The notes under the pieces: generated by a model
Databases searched by the model: none
What the model was told of the DNA's origin: nothing
Seen by the model: the letters and a program-made list of their open reading frames with translations, nothing else
Shown: in pieces, positions 1 to 9,009 of the stretch
Numbering within the stretch: the stretch's first letter is position 1
Layout: every line of letters begins with the position of its first letter
Position numbers and translations under genes: made by a program
Assembly (NCBI GenBank): GCA_041395865.1
Contig: JAWKZQ010000003.1
Span: 69,394-133,393, forward strand
DNA length: 64,000 bases
From: Pseudomonadales bacterium
Lineage (GTDB): Bacteria > Pseudomonadota > Gammaproteobacteria > Pseudomonadales > IMCC2047
Direction of reading: 5' to 3'

Positions 1-146
1 TAACGAAGTGGGGTGGGAAGGTGTTGATGTGGGCGTATAGTCTAGCCAGGTCTTTGACAATGGGGAAAAGGGAGAGTCCTTGATGCGTGGAACAGGAGCT
101 TTCGTGAGGAGTCCAATTGTAAGCGCGTTGCTGTTGATCCCTGGAG

Positions 147-1457
147 TTGGCCATGTACAACAAATACTTCGCTTCCCGTTACCGCCTGCTGTTTTTTTTG
201 GGGGTTTTGCTGAGTGTTGACGTCGCTATCGCGGTAGAGGTTATACCAGCCCGCGTCGAACGTAAGCCTGTTCTAAATGAGGAGGACAGTAACCCTTTTG
301 ATGATTATGGGATTTCGGTCGCTTATGAGGGAGATACGGTATTCATTGGTGCTCCCTTCGATGATGCTCTGGGGGTCAATTCGGGTGCTGTCTATGTCTA
401 CAGTCGCAATAACAACGAATGGATTCGGCAGCAGAAAATCACTGCCAGCGATTTGGCGCCAGGTGACCAGTTCGGGTGGTCCGTTGCTTTATCCGGCAAT
501 ACGGCTTTAATTTCGGCACGTTTTGATGATGATAAAGGTTTTAATTCTGGTTCGGTCTATGTGTTCGTTTTTGAACAGGGACGCTGGAGGGAAGAAACTA
601 AATTGACTGCCAGTGACGGTAATAGCACGGATCAGTTCGGTCACGCGCTTGCGCTGCAGGGTGATTCAGCGGTCATTTCCGCACCCTATACGGAAGAACC
701 TGGAACCAACGCAGGCGCAGTGTATATTTTTGATCGCTCAGGAGGTGTCTGGCATGAAAAGCAACGTTTAGCTGCTCCTGATGCGGCATCTGATGACCAG
801 TACGGTGGGTCGCTTGCACTGGATGAAAATCACTTGTTGATTGGTTCTCGTTTTGACGACGATAAGGGCTACAACAGCGGTTCCGTACATTTCTACGAGC
901 TGAAAAATGGCGTATGGCAATTGCGACAAAAACTTGCGGCTGATGATGGTGATGTTAACGACCAGTTTGGGTGGTCGGTTGCCCTAAATGGAAATACGGC
1001 GGTAATCGGAGCCCGTTTTGACGACGACGGTGGCGTCAATTCCGGATCTGTTTATTTTGCCGGCTATGAAAAGGGTAAATGGGCGATACAGCAAAAGTTC
1101 ACAGTCCCTGAATTCAGAGTTGGTGCACGATATGGATGGTCAGTTCAGGTTGAGGGCGGGCATGCGGTGGTTGGGGCGCCCTTTGATAACGACCGGGGGC
1201 AGAATGCGGGGGCCGTTTACATTTATAGTCGCAGAGAGGGTGCCTGGTACTTACACCAGAAGCTGACTGCCAGTGATGCAAGCACAGGTGAGCGTTATGG
1301 CATTCGAACAGCTATCTCAGGCGGTAATATTTTGGTGGGTGCCTATCAGGATTATGAAAAAGGTGCTTTGCGGGGCGCCTCCTATGTGCAGGTATACAGT
1401 ACCAAGCAGTGGCGTGAATCGATTAAATTATTGGCATCGGATGGCGCTGGTCAGTAA
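147..1457 (+). CDS. secreted FG-GAP / integrin-alpha-like repeat protein, predicted 7-bladed beta-propeller
   Basis: Long ORF with an N-terminal hydrophobic signal-like segment (LLFFLGVLLSVDVAIA). Seven tandem ~55-aa units follow, each with DQFGWSVAL..G......A.FDDD.G.NSGSVYVF...W, as in FG-GAP repeats. The ORF opens at TTG 147; the first ATG is at 153. Confidence 0.8.
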   Translation: MAMYNKYFASRYRLLFFLGVLLSVDVAIAVEVIPARVERKPVLNEEDSNPFDDYGISVAYEGDTVFIGAPFDDALGVNSGAVYVYSRNNNEWIRQQKITASDLAPGDQFGWSVALSGNTALISARFDDDKGFNSGSVYVFVFEQGRWREETKLTASDGNSTDQFGHALALQGDSAVISAPYTEEPGTNAGAVYIFDRSGGVWHEKQRLAAPDAASDDQYGGSLALDENHLLIGSRFDDDKGYNSGSVHFYELKNGVWQLRQKLAADDGDVNDQFGWSVALNGNTAVIGARFDDDGGVNSGSVYFAGYEKGKWAIQQKFTVPEFRVGARYGWSVQVEGGHAVVGAPFDNDRGQNAGAVYIYSRREGAWYLHQKLTASDASTGERYGIRTAISGGNILVGAYQDYEKGALRGASYVQVYSTKQWRESIKLLASDGAGQ

Positions 1458-1473
1458 TCAGGCGTTTTGATCT

Positions 1474-2190
1474 TCAGAACTCAAATTCCACCAAAAAGCG
1501 CAGCGTACGGTTAGGGCTTTCGTTATCCAGCCCGAAAATAGCACCGGCTTCCCACTTAACCTGTCGCCGGGCTCCCAAATTAACCTGGCCTAGCAGCACC
1601 GGCCCCATCGCTTTAGTCTCTTCGCCCTGGTAATACTCAACAGCTGGTTCCAACGCACGTGAGTAACGGTAACGGGCCTGCAGTCCCAGCGTAGACTCCA
1701 GTTCGTCCTCAATATCGGACCCCCACTCATAGGCAACGAAGAGGTTTGCGGTGGTGCTCCAGCGTCCCCATTCCTTTTCAACCAGCAGCCCACCGGCGGC
1801 TTCCCAGACATCCTCTTCATGCTCTTTTTCCAGTTCAAAGAGGGCGCCCCAGTCGGCCCAGAACTCACCCTGTTCAGAAAGCTGCCACAGGGCTTCGATT
1901 TCATAGGCCTCAAGTTTGAAGCTTTCATCGGCGGATTTTTCCGCGATCAGGTAGAACTCGGTAAACAGGCGATCACTCAGCGAGCGCCCATAGGCCAGGC
2001 GGTGCAGCTGCTTGTTATCCGCTGTGCTGGGCTGCTCATCCTGGTGAATGCTGCGCCATTCGAGTTCCTGTTCTAGTGGCTGCACGTAGGGGTGATAGAT
2101 TTTGTCGATCACAACCCCGTCTGCAAGACCGGTGAGTGGAGCGGCTAACAGAGGGAGCGCAACGAGCGGCGAATATTTTTTTAGTGGCAT
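1474..2190 (-). CDS. putative outer-membrane beta-barrel protein, last gene of the FTR1 operon
   Basis: Signal peptide (PLVALPLLAAPLTGLADG), alternating amphipathic strand-like segments, and a C-terminal ...RFLVEFEF aromatic terminus typical of OM barrels. It lies 32 nt downstream of the FTR1 gene on the same strand. Confidence 0.55.
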   Translation of the reverse strand: MPLKKYSPLVALPLLAAPLTGLADGVVIDKIYHPYVQPLEQELEWRSIHQDEQPSTADNKQLHRLAYGRSLSDRLFTEFYLIAEKSADESFKLEAYEIEALWQLSEQGEFWADWGALFELEKEHEEDVWEAAGGLLVEKEWGRWSTTANLFVAYEWGSDIEDELESTLGLQARYRYSRALEPAVEYYQGEETKAMGPVLLGQVNLGARRQVKWEAGAIFGLDNESPNRTLRFLVEFEF

Positions 2191-2222
2191 GGGATCACGG
2201 CTTCAGAAATTAAGGTTGGAAT

Positions 2223-3053
2223 TTACCCGGCAGCGGGTTTGTTCGGGTCTGAAAGGGACGAGGCTGGTTTTCCCAGCATGCATAGCAATAAAACCAGGCC
2301 GGCGCCAAGCAGGTAGCTGATGACTTGAGCCAGGGAGGGCGTCGCTTCGTAACCAATCAGTGCGTAGAGTAAACGCCCGGCAATGGAGCTCTCAGAAAGC
2401 CAGCCGGAGGTGTTCCAGAGCGCTTGGCTTGAGGATATCCAATCGGCCTGTGTGAGTTGTAATGCTGCCTGGGACAGCATATTGCCGGCAAACATGGCTA
2501 ACAGTATCAATGCGGTTAAACGCATTAGGGAGGGCGGAAGGCTGCGTAACAGGTAATACAGCAGAACACCGATACTGAGACCAATGGCAAAACCAATACT
2601 GCTACCCATCAGGGCACTTTGCAGCTCAGTTGTCTGGTGGAAAAAGCCGCGCAAATAAACAAGGATTTCAGAACCCTCGACGGTGATGGCACAGGTGATG
2701 CTGCCGCTGGCAGCAATAAACAGCGCATTGCGGACAGCGCGCGAAATCGGTTTGTCGCCATCGGTCTGGTTTTGAGTCACGCGGCGCAGCGATAGGGCAA
2801 AGAGGCCGATAAAAAGGGTGATAGCTGTCTGCAGGGAGGCATTCACAACTTCCTGCCCCACATAATCAAACCACTCGGAAATGCTTGCCATGTTGACTGC
2901 GTAGAGCAGTGATAAAAACAAACCGGCGACCAGCCCGGTAAACAACCAGTTCAAGGATGCACCGCGCTGGTGGTTAATGGTTAACAGCACGGTTATCAGC
3001 AGTGCCGCCTCTAGCGTTTCCTGCAATACAAAAATGACCGAATTAATGAGCAT
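2223..3053 (-). CDS. FTR1/EfeU-family iron permease
   Basis: Polytopic membrane protein with two intramembrane ExxE motifs (LQETLEAALL near the N-terminus, TVEGSEILVYL mid-protein) at the positions of the REGLE motifs of the FTR1 family. Confidence 0.75.
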   Translation of the reverse strand: MLINSVIFVLQETLEAALLITVLLTINHQRGASLNWLFTGLVAGLFLSLLYAVNMASISEWFDYVGQEVVNASLQTAITLFIGLFALSLRRVTQNQTDGDKPISRAVRNALFIAASGSITCAITVEGSEILVYLRGFFHQTTELQSALMGSSIGFAIGLSIGVLLYYLLRSLPPSLMRLTALILLAMFAGNMLSQAALQLTQADWISSSQALWNTSGWLSESSIAGRLLYALIGYEATPSLAQVISYLLGAGLVLLLCMLGKPASSLSDPNKPAAG

Positions 3054-3064
3054 GTTTGTTCAAC

Positions 3065-3418
3065 CTATTTAACGATCACTTTGCCCTGGGCGGTCTTCGG
3101 AAAGAACTCGCCGAAAAAGGGGTATTCACCCGGCGGAAGCGGACCGATAAAAATGACGGTTTTACTCTGTCCGCTGATCACCTTTTCACGGTTCAGCTCG
3201 TAGCTTTCAAACTCCTCGGCGGTCGGGTCTTCATTAAGGATAAAGAGTTTAACCTTGGTGTTGGCGGGGATCACCAATTCAGCGGGAAAGAACAGGTGAT
3301 CCTTGATGGTGATCTCATAACTGGGGGTTGCAGCCAGTGCTAATCCGGGCGGCAGCCAGCCGAATAGCAGTAGCAAGATAAGCCGAAAGAAGGTTTTTAA
3401 AGGGTATGAAATGGACAT
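3065..3418 (-). CDS. periplasmic cupredoxin-fold protein lacking type-1 copper ligands
   Basis: I chose the internal start MSISYPLK... (ATG 3418), because the longer ORF to 3553 would overlap the kinase gene. It has a signal peptide (LLLLFGWLPPGLALA). The sequence resembles the cupredoxin partners of FTR1 permeases (ITIKDHLFFPAELVIPANTKVKL...PGEYPFFGEF). The mature part has no Cys or Met and a single His. Confidence 0.6.
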   Translation of the reverse strand: MSISYPLKTFFRLILLLLFGWLPPGLALAATPSYEITIKDHLFFPAELVIPANTKVKLFILNEDPTAEEFESYELNREKVISGQSKTVIFIGPLPPGEYPFFGEFFPKTAQGKVIVK

Positions 3419-3419
3419 T

Positions 3420-4754
3420 TTAGTGATACCCTGATGCGCTTGGCGGATTATTAATAACTTTATTAAACAGTATGTTAAAAGATGTACCTGATGTAAAACT
3501 TGAGTTTGTGATGCTGATATCGGCATGATGGAGGTCGGCAATACGTTTAACAATTGCCAGGCCGAGTCCGCAACCTGTTTCCCCGGAAGGGTGCCTGTCG
3601 CCGTGAATACGGTAAAAACGATCGAAAATTAACGGACGTTGATTCTGGGAAATGCCTGGTCCTGAGTCTTCGACACTGAGCAACACACGGTTATCGACCG
3701 GCTCGAGGCGAACCTTGATTTGCCCGTTTTCGGGCGTGTATTTATTGGCATTGCTCAACAGGTTTATCAGCAGGGTTTTAAGCGCAAAGTTATCGCCCAT
3801 GATGGCGCAATTCGTTCCTTCGAATTCGAGCTGTTGGTTTTTTTTGTCAAACTGGGGATACGCCTCGGCCAGGACTTCTTCGGTTAGCGCTTTGAGATCA
3901 ATCGGCGTGAAAGTGGCGTTGTATTGATCGGGCGAGTTGCGGTACAGGGACAGGATTTGCTCAACAATGTGTTCAAGCCGCTGGGCCGTGAGCTCGACCT
4001 CACGGGCTGCCGTCGAATCACCGAGGGCTTTGCGGATGTTATAGAGCTGTACCTTTAACGTGCTGATGGGGGTTCTGAGTTCATGGGCTGCATCGGAAGC
4101 AAACTGTTTTTCCCGTTGCAAGGAGGTTTCGAGTCGTTCCAGCAAGCCATTGGAGGAGGCGACAATCTGCGCCAGTTCCTGCTGCGGGGCTTGAAGGGAT
4201 AGGGGGCTCAGGTCGTTGGGCTGTTTGTTTGCCATTTCGTGGGCAAGCCGGCGCAGCGGTTTCAACCCGTGACTGACAATCAGCCAGATCAGCAGCCCCA
4301 CGATCGGCAATCCGATTAAAATTGGCATAATGGATTGCAGAATAACGTTTTCAGCCAGGGTAAAACGCAAATCCTTTCGTTCCGCCGCCAGGACCCAGTA
4401 ACCGGTTTCCGGGTCGTGGTAGGAAACCGTTCGCCAACGGTAGCCATCGAAATTGGCATGATCAAAGCCTGGGCTGAAACGGCTGATAGGCGTGTCAGGC
4501 GTGTTGGAGGAGGCGGCTAAAAGCAGTTTGTCCTGCCACACCTGGAAAGCAAGATGGCTTTGATGATCAATATTGGTGGCGGTATTTTCCGTATGGATAT
4601 TGGCAATGATACGTGCTGTTTCCAGCAGTTTCTGGTCAAAAAGCTGCTCGGCCTGCTGCATACTGGACTGGTATCCGCGCAGCGCGGCAACGAAGTTAAA
4701 CAGGGTAAAAACGGCGAGAATCACAACAACCAGGAAAATCCTGATGGATCTCAT
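3420..4754 (-). CDS. two-component sensor histidine kinase, QseC/PmrB(BasS)-like
   Basis: Two TM segments flank a periplasmic domain with AFQVW...GF....F.GYRWR (QseC/BasS-like). It also has a HAMP region, an H-box SDAAHELRTPIS, and an HATPase region with N/G boxes (LLSNANKYTP, DSGPGI, GCGLGLAIV). It overlaps the regulator gene by 4 nt. Confidence 0.9.
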   Translation of the reverse strand: MRSIRIFLVVVILAVFTLFNFVAALRGYQSSMQQAEQLFDQKLLETARIIANIHTENTATNIDHQSHLAFQVWQDKLLLAASSNTPDTPISRFSPGFDHANFDGYRWRTVSYHDPETGYWVLAAERKDLRFTLAENVILQSIMPILIGLPIVGLLIWLIVSHGLKPLRRLAHEMANKQPNDLSPLSLQAPQQELAQIVASSNGLLERLETSLQREKQFASDAAHELRTPISTLKVQLYNIRKALGDSTAAREVELTAQRLEHIVEQILSLYRNSPDQYNATFTPIDLKALTEEVLAEAYPQFDKKNQQLEFEGTNCAIMGDNFALKTLLINLLSNANKYTPENGQIKVRLEPVDNRVLLSVEDSGPGISQNQRPLIFDRFYRIHGDRHPSGETGCGLGLAIVKRIADLHHADISITNSSFTSGTSFNILFNKVINNPPSASGYH

Positions 4755-5410
4755 GCCGGGTCTACCTTATATCCAACACCACGTACGGTTTTTATGAAAT
4801 CGCTGCCCAGTTTTTTTCGCAGGTGGTGTATGTGCACTTCCAGCGCGTTACTGGAAACCTCTTCGCCCCAGTTGTAGAGACGGTTTTCCAGGGTGCTGCG
4901 CGTCTGAACACGGCCGGCATTTTCCATCAGGCTTTTGAGCAGCATAAACTCTCGCCGTGACAGGTCGAGTTGCTTGTCGTCGAGGGTGACCGTGTTTAAC
5001 TGGATATCCAGCGTTACCCGATCGATCCGGATTTCAGTGCTTTTGGTGGTGCTAAGGCGGCGTTCGAGCACCCGGAGGCGGGCGAACAGCTCCTCCATTT
5101 CAAAGGGTTTTGCCAGGTAGTCGTCGGCACCGCTGTCTAGCCCCGTGATACGGTCATCCAGCTCAGCGCGCGCTGTGAGCACCAGAATTGGCATCTCAAC
5201 ATGTTTTTTACGCGCCCTTTTCAGAACGTCGATGCCGTCGACATCGGGCAGGCCGAGATCAAGGATAACCACGTCCGGCGGTTCGGTGTCGAGGATATGC
5301 AGCGCTGCTTCACCGGTACCGACGGCGTTCACCGTATTTTGTTGTTCCTGGAGTGCCTGTTGAAGTGCCTTGGCCAGTAAATGATCGTCTTCGACTAACA
5401 GTATCTGCAT
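4751..5410 (-). CDS. OmpR-family response regulator, PmrA(BasR)/QseB-like
   Basis: Receiver domain (ILLVEDD, VVILDLGLPDVDG, LTAR, KPF) plus a winged-helix domain. The domain contains LYNW.EEVSSNALEVHIHHLRKKLG..FIKTVRGVGY, closely resembling BasR/QseB. Confidence 0.9.
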   Translation of the reverse strand: MQILLVEDDHLLAKALQQALQEQQNTVNAVGTGEAALHILDTEPPDVVILDLGLPDVDGIDVLKRARKKHVEMPILVLTARAELDDRITGLDSGADDYLAKPFEMEELFARLRVLERRLSTTKSTEIRIDRVTLDIQLNTVTLDDKQLDLSRREFMLLKSLMENAGRVQTRSTLENRLYNWGEEVSSNALEVHIHHLRKKLGSDFIKTVRGVGYKVDPA

Positions 5411-5421
5411 CGTTATTAAGC

Positions 5422-6072
5422 TTAGAACTCCTGGCGCACCTTGTTCAGTTTTTCAGAAATTTCCTGTTGCCGCCCGGCATCGGCCAGCGGCCTGTCAACC
5501 CGTTTGGGTGCGGCCTGTGCCTTGAGTAGAAAGGTTTCAGCCTCTCGATAACGTCCCTCACTGTACAGGAAATCGGCGTAAAAATAATTGCTATCAATGC
5601 CGTTAGGGTTAATTTCAAGGGCTTTCAGTAACAGGGTCTCGGCCTTGTCATCATCCCCAAAACCAATGGGCCAACCGGGTACGTTAAAGTACAGGGTTCC
5701 CAGACTGGTGTATGCAGAACCCTGCATCGTTTCCGGGTCCAGTTCAATGGATCGTTCCAGGTCGGTTTTGGAGGCTTTTGCCAGTTTCAAGGCACCCAGC
5801 CCGCCTTTGGCTCCAGCATAGGTGGACTTGATAATACCACTCCACAGCCAGGCAGGGGCAGAGTCCGGGTATTTTTTTACAACCCGGGTGGCATCGTAGA
5901 CCAGTGCTTCATAGGCGTTTAATTGATCTTTTCCTTCAAGCTGGTAATTAACTTCGGCCCACCGCTTTTGCAGTGTTTGGATATCGCTGTCGACGTCGGC
6001 CCAGGCGGTGCTGGCAGCGAGGCTGATAAGGAGTGTTGCGACAAGTTGCTTACAGGCATTAATCGGATGCAT
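5422..6072 (-). CDS. secreted TPR-repeat protein
   Basis: Signal peptide (LLISLAASTAWADV) and TPR-like helices (YFYADFLYSEGRYREAETFLLKA). It sits 11 nt upstream of the regulator gene in the same train. Confidence 0.6.
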   Translation of the reverse strand: MHPINACKQLVATLLISLAASTAWADVDSDIQTLQKRWAEVNYQLEGKDQLNAYEALVYDATRVVKKYPDSAPAWLWSGIIKSTYAGAKGGLGALKLAKASKTDLERSIELDPETMQGSAYTSLGTLYFNVPGWPIGFGDDDKAETLLLKALEINPNGIDSNYFYADFLYSEGRYREAETFLLKAQAAPKRVDRPLADAGRQQEISEKLNKVRQEF

Positions 6073-6085
6073 GGTAGACCCTCTT

Positions 6086-6868
6086 TTACTGCTGGGAAAA
6101 TTTATGAATAACCGGTAGTTTTTTTACCAGTGCATTGTGTACCAGCCCCGGACAAAGACTGTTCATTCGTACAAAGAGTTTCTCCGGCCAGCCCATATAA
6201 CGTTGCCGGGTTTTTCCGGAGAGCAGGCGCAGCACTTCGCCTGCGACCTGTTCGGGCGAGTCGGTGCTATTGCCCAGCTCCTGGTTAAGCGCATTGATGG
6301 TGGCTGAATTCAGGTCCGTATTGGTTGCACGCGGCGCCAAGTAGCTTACCTTAATGGGGCCGTCGCCCAGCTCTCGTTGCAGAGCCTCGGTGAAGCCTCT
6401 GAGCCCGAACTTGCTGGCACAGTAGGCGGTAAAGCCGGGATGGCCAATGCTGCCGAAGGTCGAACCGATGTTGACAATGGCCGCTTCCTGGTGCTTTTTG
6501 AGAATGGGAATTAAGCGTTGGCAGAGCAGCATGGGCGAGAGCAGGTTGGTGATGATCATCGCCTGGATGCAGGCCGGGTCCTGCCGTTCGTAAAGCTGAA
6601 AATCTAGGACGCCGCAGGCGTTTACATAGAGTTTCAGGTTAACTTTTTGGCAGGCTTCCACCAGGGTGTCGCGCCCTTGCGCCGTATTCATATCGGCGAT
6701 GACAACCTGGTGCTCGCCGTTCAGGCTTTGCTTCAGGGTTTCAAGCGTTGCCTGGTTGCGTCCCGCCAGCAACAGGTGTACGCCGGTTTTATCCAGTTCC
6801 CGGGCGATGGCCTGCCCGATGCCACCGGAGGCGCCCGTTAACAGCAAGTATTTGTTTGCGAGTCTCAT
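6086..6868 (-). CDS. SDR-family oxidoreductase
   Basis: TGASGGIGQAIA Rossmann motif, NIGS, and the catalytic Y..ASK (YCASKFG). Confidence 0.9.
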   Translation of the reverse strand: MRLANKYLLLTGASGGIGQAIARELDKTGVHLLLAGRNQATLETLKQSLNGEHQVVIADMNTAQGRDTLVEACQKVNLKLYVNACGVLDFQLYERQDPACIQAMIITNLLSPMLLCQRLIPILKKHQEAAIVNIGSTFGSIGHPGFTAYCASKFGLRGFTEALQRELGDGPIKVSYLAPRATNTDLNSATINALNQELGNSTDSPEQVAGEVLRLLSGKTRQRYMGWPEKLFVRMNSLCPGLVHNALVKKLPVIHKFSQQ

Positions 6869-6876
6869 AGGTCACC

Positions 6877-7560
6877 TTAAAAGTTAGCGGCCTGCCCAGC
6901 GGGCTGCTGATGTGAATCGGTGATGTGACGGAAAATGTCCGCATAGAGCCGGTAGAAAATCCTGGCGCTATGGATGATTTGCTGCTGATCTTTTTCGTCT
7001 TCGACTTTGTTCATCAGGTTTTCAAAAAACTTCATGTGTTCGATGTCCAGCGCACCGTGCGAGTAGAGGTAGGAAAACGCTTTGTCAGGTAAACCCAGCG
7101 CAGCTTTGATGCTGTCGGCGGCTTTCTCTGCAACGTTGATGCTGGTCCCTTCCAGCACTTGGACCATGCCGAAGAATGCCACGGGGTTAACGCGTTGAAT
7201 CGTATCGTAGGCATAGCAGACCATGAGTTCAGTTGGCAGGCTGGGCTGGCTGCGACGTGCGGCCTCTTTGTCGAAGCCGCAGGCGGCAATGTCGTTGAGA
7301 ATCCATTCCTGGTGGCCGATTTCCTCCTCGATATACTCCGCAGTTGCTTCGCGCAGCCATTCTTTGTCCTCGGGAATGCGTGACCCGGCAGCCATCATCA
7401 GGGGGACGGTGTGTTTGACATGGTGAAAGGCTTCCTGCAGGAAAGCGCGGTATTCCTCCAGGCTAATGGTTCCGTTCAGGGCTTTTTCAATGAGCGGTAC
7501 GGCCAGTAACTGTTGGCGTTCCTGCTCGGTCTGTTGTTGCAATTGTTCAAAAAAAGTCAT
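6877..7560 (-). CDS. heme-oxygenase-like (HDO / CADD / TenA-PqqC fold) putative diiron enzyme
   Basis: All-helical 227-aa protein with candidate metal ligands in the HDO pattern: EAFHHVKH, YIEEEIGHQEW, VLEGTS, and HGALDIEH (H-x3-D-x2-H). Confidence 0.65.
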   Translation of the reverse strand: MTFFEQLQQQTEQERQQLLAVPLIEKALNGTISLEEYRAFLQEAFHHVKHTVPLMMAAGSRIPEDKEWLREATAEYIEEEIGHQEWILNDIAACGFDKEAARRSQPSLPTELMVCYAYDTIQRVNPVAFFGMVQVLEGTSINVAEKAADSIKAALGLPDKAFSYLYSHGALDIEHMKFFENLMNKVEDEKDQQQIIHSARIFYRLYADIFRHITDSHQQPAGQAANF

Positions 7561-7569
7561 GGTATTCTC

Positions 7570-8277
7570 CTACTTTCCTGTGGATTCTAAAAAGTGCTGA
7601 TAGTGAGCGTTGAGTGCTTGCCAGTCGGTTTCAGTAAAAGCGTTTAGGTGTCTCTTCAGTTGGCTGAGGTCGTGTTCCGCGGCCTGTTTAGACGTTAGCC
7701 TCCGGCGGCACTTTTCGAGGTCAATCAAGGCGATTTCCACTGCGGGTTCAGCAGTGGACTGTTCGACCCGCACAAAAATATGTTTTGGATACAGGCAGCC
7801 GTGCTGCCATTTGAAGTGGTGGAAAAGGCTGAGTGTCCAGGCGAGTTCTTCAATGATCTTGGCCCTGATGCCTTCACTGCCTGCCTGATTCCGACTGGAT
7901 TCCAGCCATTGATCGAGACTGGTAAAGCCGCTTAGGTCATGGGTGACGAGTACGGTTTTCCAGCCTTCCTCTGCTTTTTTCTTGCCACAGTAGAGAATTT
8001 CAGGAACCTTAATTCCCAACGCCTGGCAGGTATGGATGGCCTCGGCTTCGCGAAACGCTGTGGGACGACCAAAGGGGTGGCGCAGGGAGCGGTGCAGGTG
8101 ATTAACCTGTGTTTTCACAAAAACGACACCTGTGCCGGGTTCGTTAATGCGCTTGACGCCGCTGATACCCTGACGGCGATGGTTCGGGGGCTCAACCCAG
8201 TCGCCTTCCCGCTGCCACCAGTACTCGAAGTCTTTTGGGGCATCTGAGGCAATATTCAGCAGCGGTGCGCTTTTCAT
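7570..8277 (-). CDS. lipopolysaccharide kinase (InaA / Kdo-WaaP family)
   Basis: Family-typical segments: VFVKTQVNH..SLRHPFGRPT..REAEA, VLVTHDL, and HGCLYPKHIFV..........LIDLEK. Start set at MKSAPLL (ATG 8277), which gives an ATGA overlap with the upstream methyltransferase stop. The 8466 extension is rejected. Confidence 0.8.
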   Translation of the reverse strand: MKSAPLLNIASDAPKDFEYWWQREGDWVEPPNHRRQGISGVKRINEPGTGVVFVKTQVNHLHRSLRHPFGRPTAFREAEAIHTCQALGIKVPEILYCGKKKAEEGWKTVLVTHDLSGFTSLDQWLESSRNQAGSEGIRAKIIEELAWTLSLFHHFKWQHGCLYPKHIFVRVEQSTAEPAVEIALIDLEKCRRRLTSKQAAEHDLSQLKRHLNAFTETDWQALNAHYQHFLESTGK

Positions 8278-8999
8278 GGGCGTACTTTTTTCAGGACATA
8301 GACGCGCCACATGGCATAGTAGGGCAGGAAATCGAGCTTTGCTTCGACGCGAAAACCGGCCTGTTCGAATTCGCGTTCGACCTGCGATTGTTTGAGTACG
8401 AAGCGATTCTTGTTGCTTTGGCTGTCTTTCCTGGCCCGCTTGCGTTCCAGGCGCTTGCGTTTCCATGCCTTAAGGTTGCCATCGACCCAGAGCGAAAGAA
8501 TCACGCTATCGCGACTGACGCGATGAAACTCATTGAGAATTTCTAAACGGTGTTTGCTTTCGTAAATGTGGTGAAACAAGCGCATGCAAAAAATGGAATC
8601 AACCGATGCGTCGGGCATATCGATGTCAAAGGCCGAGGTTTGGAAGGCTCTGACATTCTTGACGATGTCCCGGGGTTGTGACTGCTGCGCCACCTGGATC
8701 ATATGCGGTGAGTTATCCGCCGCGTAAAGTACCCTGTTGGGTGCTTCACTGAGAATTTCCCAGAAGCGTCCGGCGCCACAGGGAAGATCCAGTACGGTCT
8801 GTGGCTCGCCGGCAAGAAGGAGCGCGCGCCTTGCCAGTTGACCGTCGCGCCAGTTTGACAGTCTTCGGGACAGGCCGTCTTGATGCTTTTGGCGATAGTT
8901 CTGCGAATGATCCAAATCGTACTTTTTAGAAAATTCCAGTTCAGTTGGTTGTTTACTGTCGGCCCCTGAGCCGAGTTTTGTCGAATTTGAGTAAGTCAA
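8274..8999 (-). CDS. class I SAM-dependent methyltransferase
   Basis: Motif I VLDLPCGAGRF and downstream motifs (VDSIFCMRLFHH). TTG start at 8999 with AGGTG upstream. Confidence 0.85.
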   Translation of the reverse strand: MTYSNSTKLGSGADSKQPTELEFSKKYDLDHSQNYRQKHQDGLSRRLSNWRDGQLARRALLLAGEPQTVLDLPCGAGRFWEILSEAPNRVLYAADNSPHMIQVAQQSQPRDIVKNVRAFQTSAFDIDMPDASVDSIFCMRLFHHIYESKHRLEILNEFHRVSRDSVILSLWVDGNLKAWKRKRLERKRARKDSQSNKNRFVLKQSQVEREFEQAGFRVEAKLDFLPYYAMWRVYVLKKVRP

Positions 9000-9009
9000 T
9001 GGTGAGCAC

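Noticed and set aside
3419-3553. N-terminal extension of the cupredoxin ORF. Similar extensions: 8278-8466 on the kinase ORF, 58350-58502 on lexA, 24934-25041 on the receptor and 11246-11290 on the T_hemolysin ORF.
   Set aside because: The extensions overlap upstream genes or known regulatory sites (SOS boxes) and precede internal starts that give canonical N-termini, signal peptides, RBSs or ATGA coupling.
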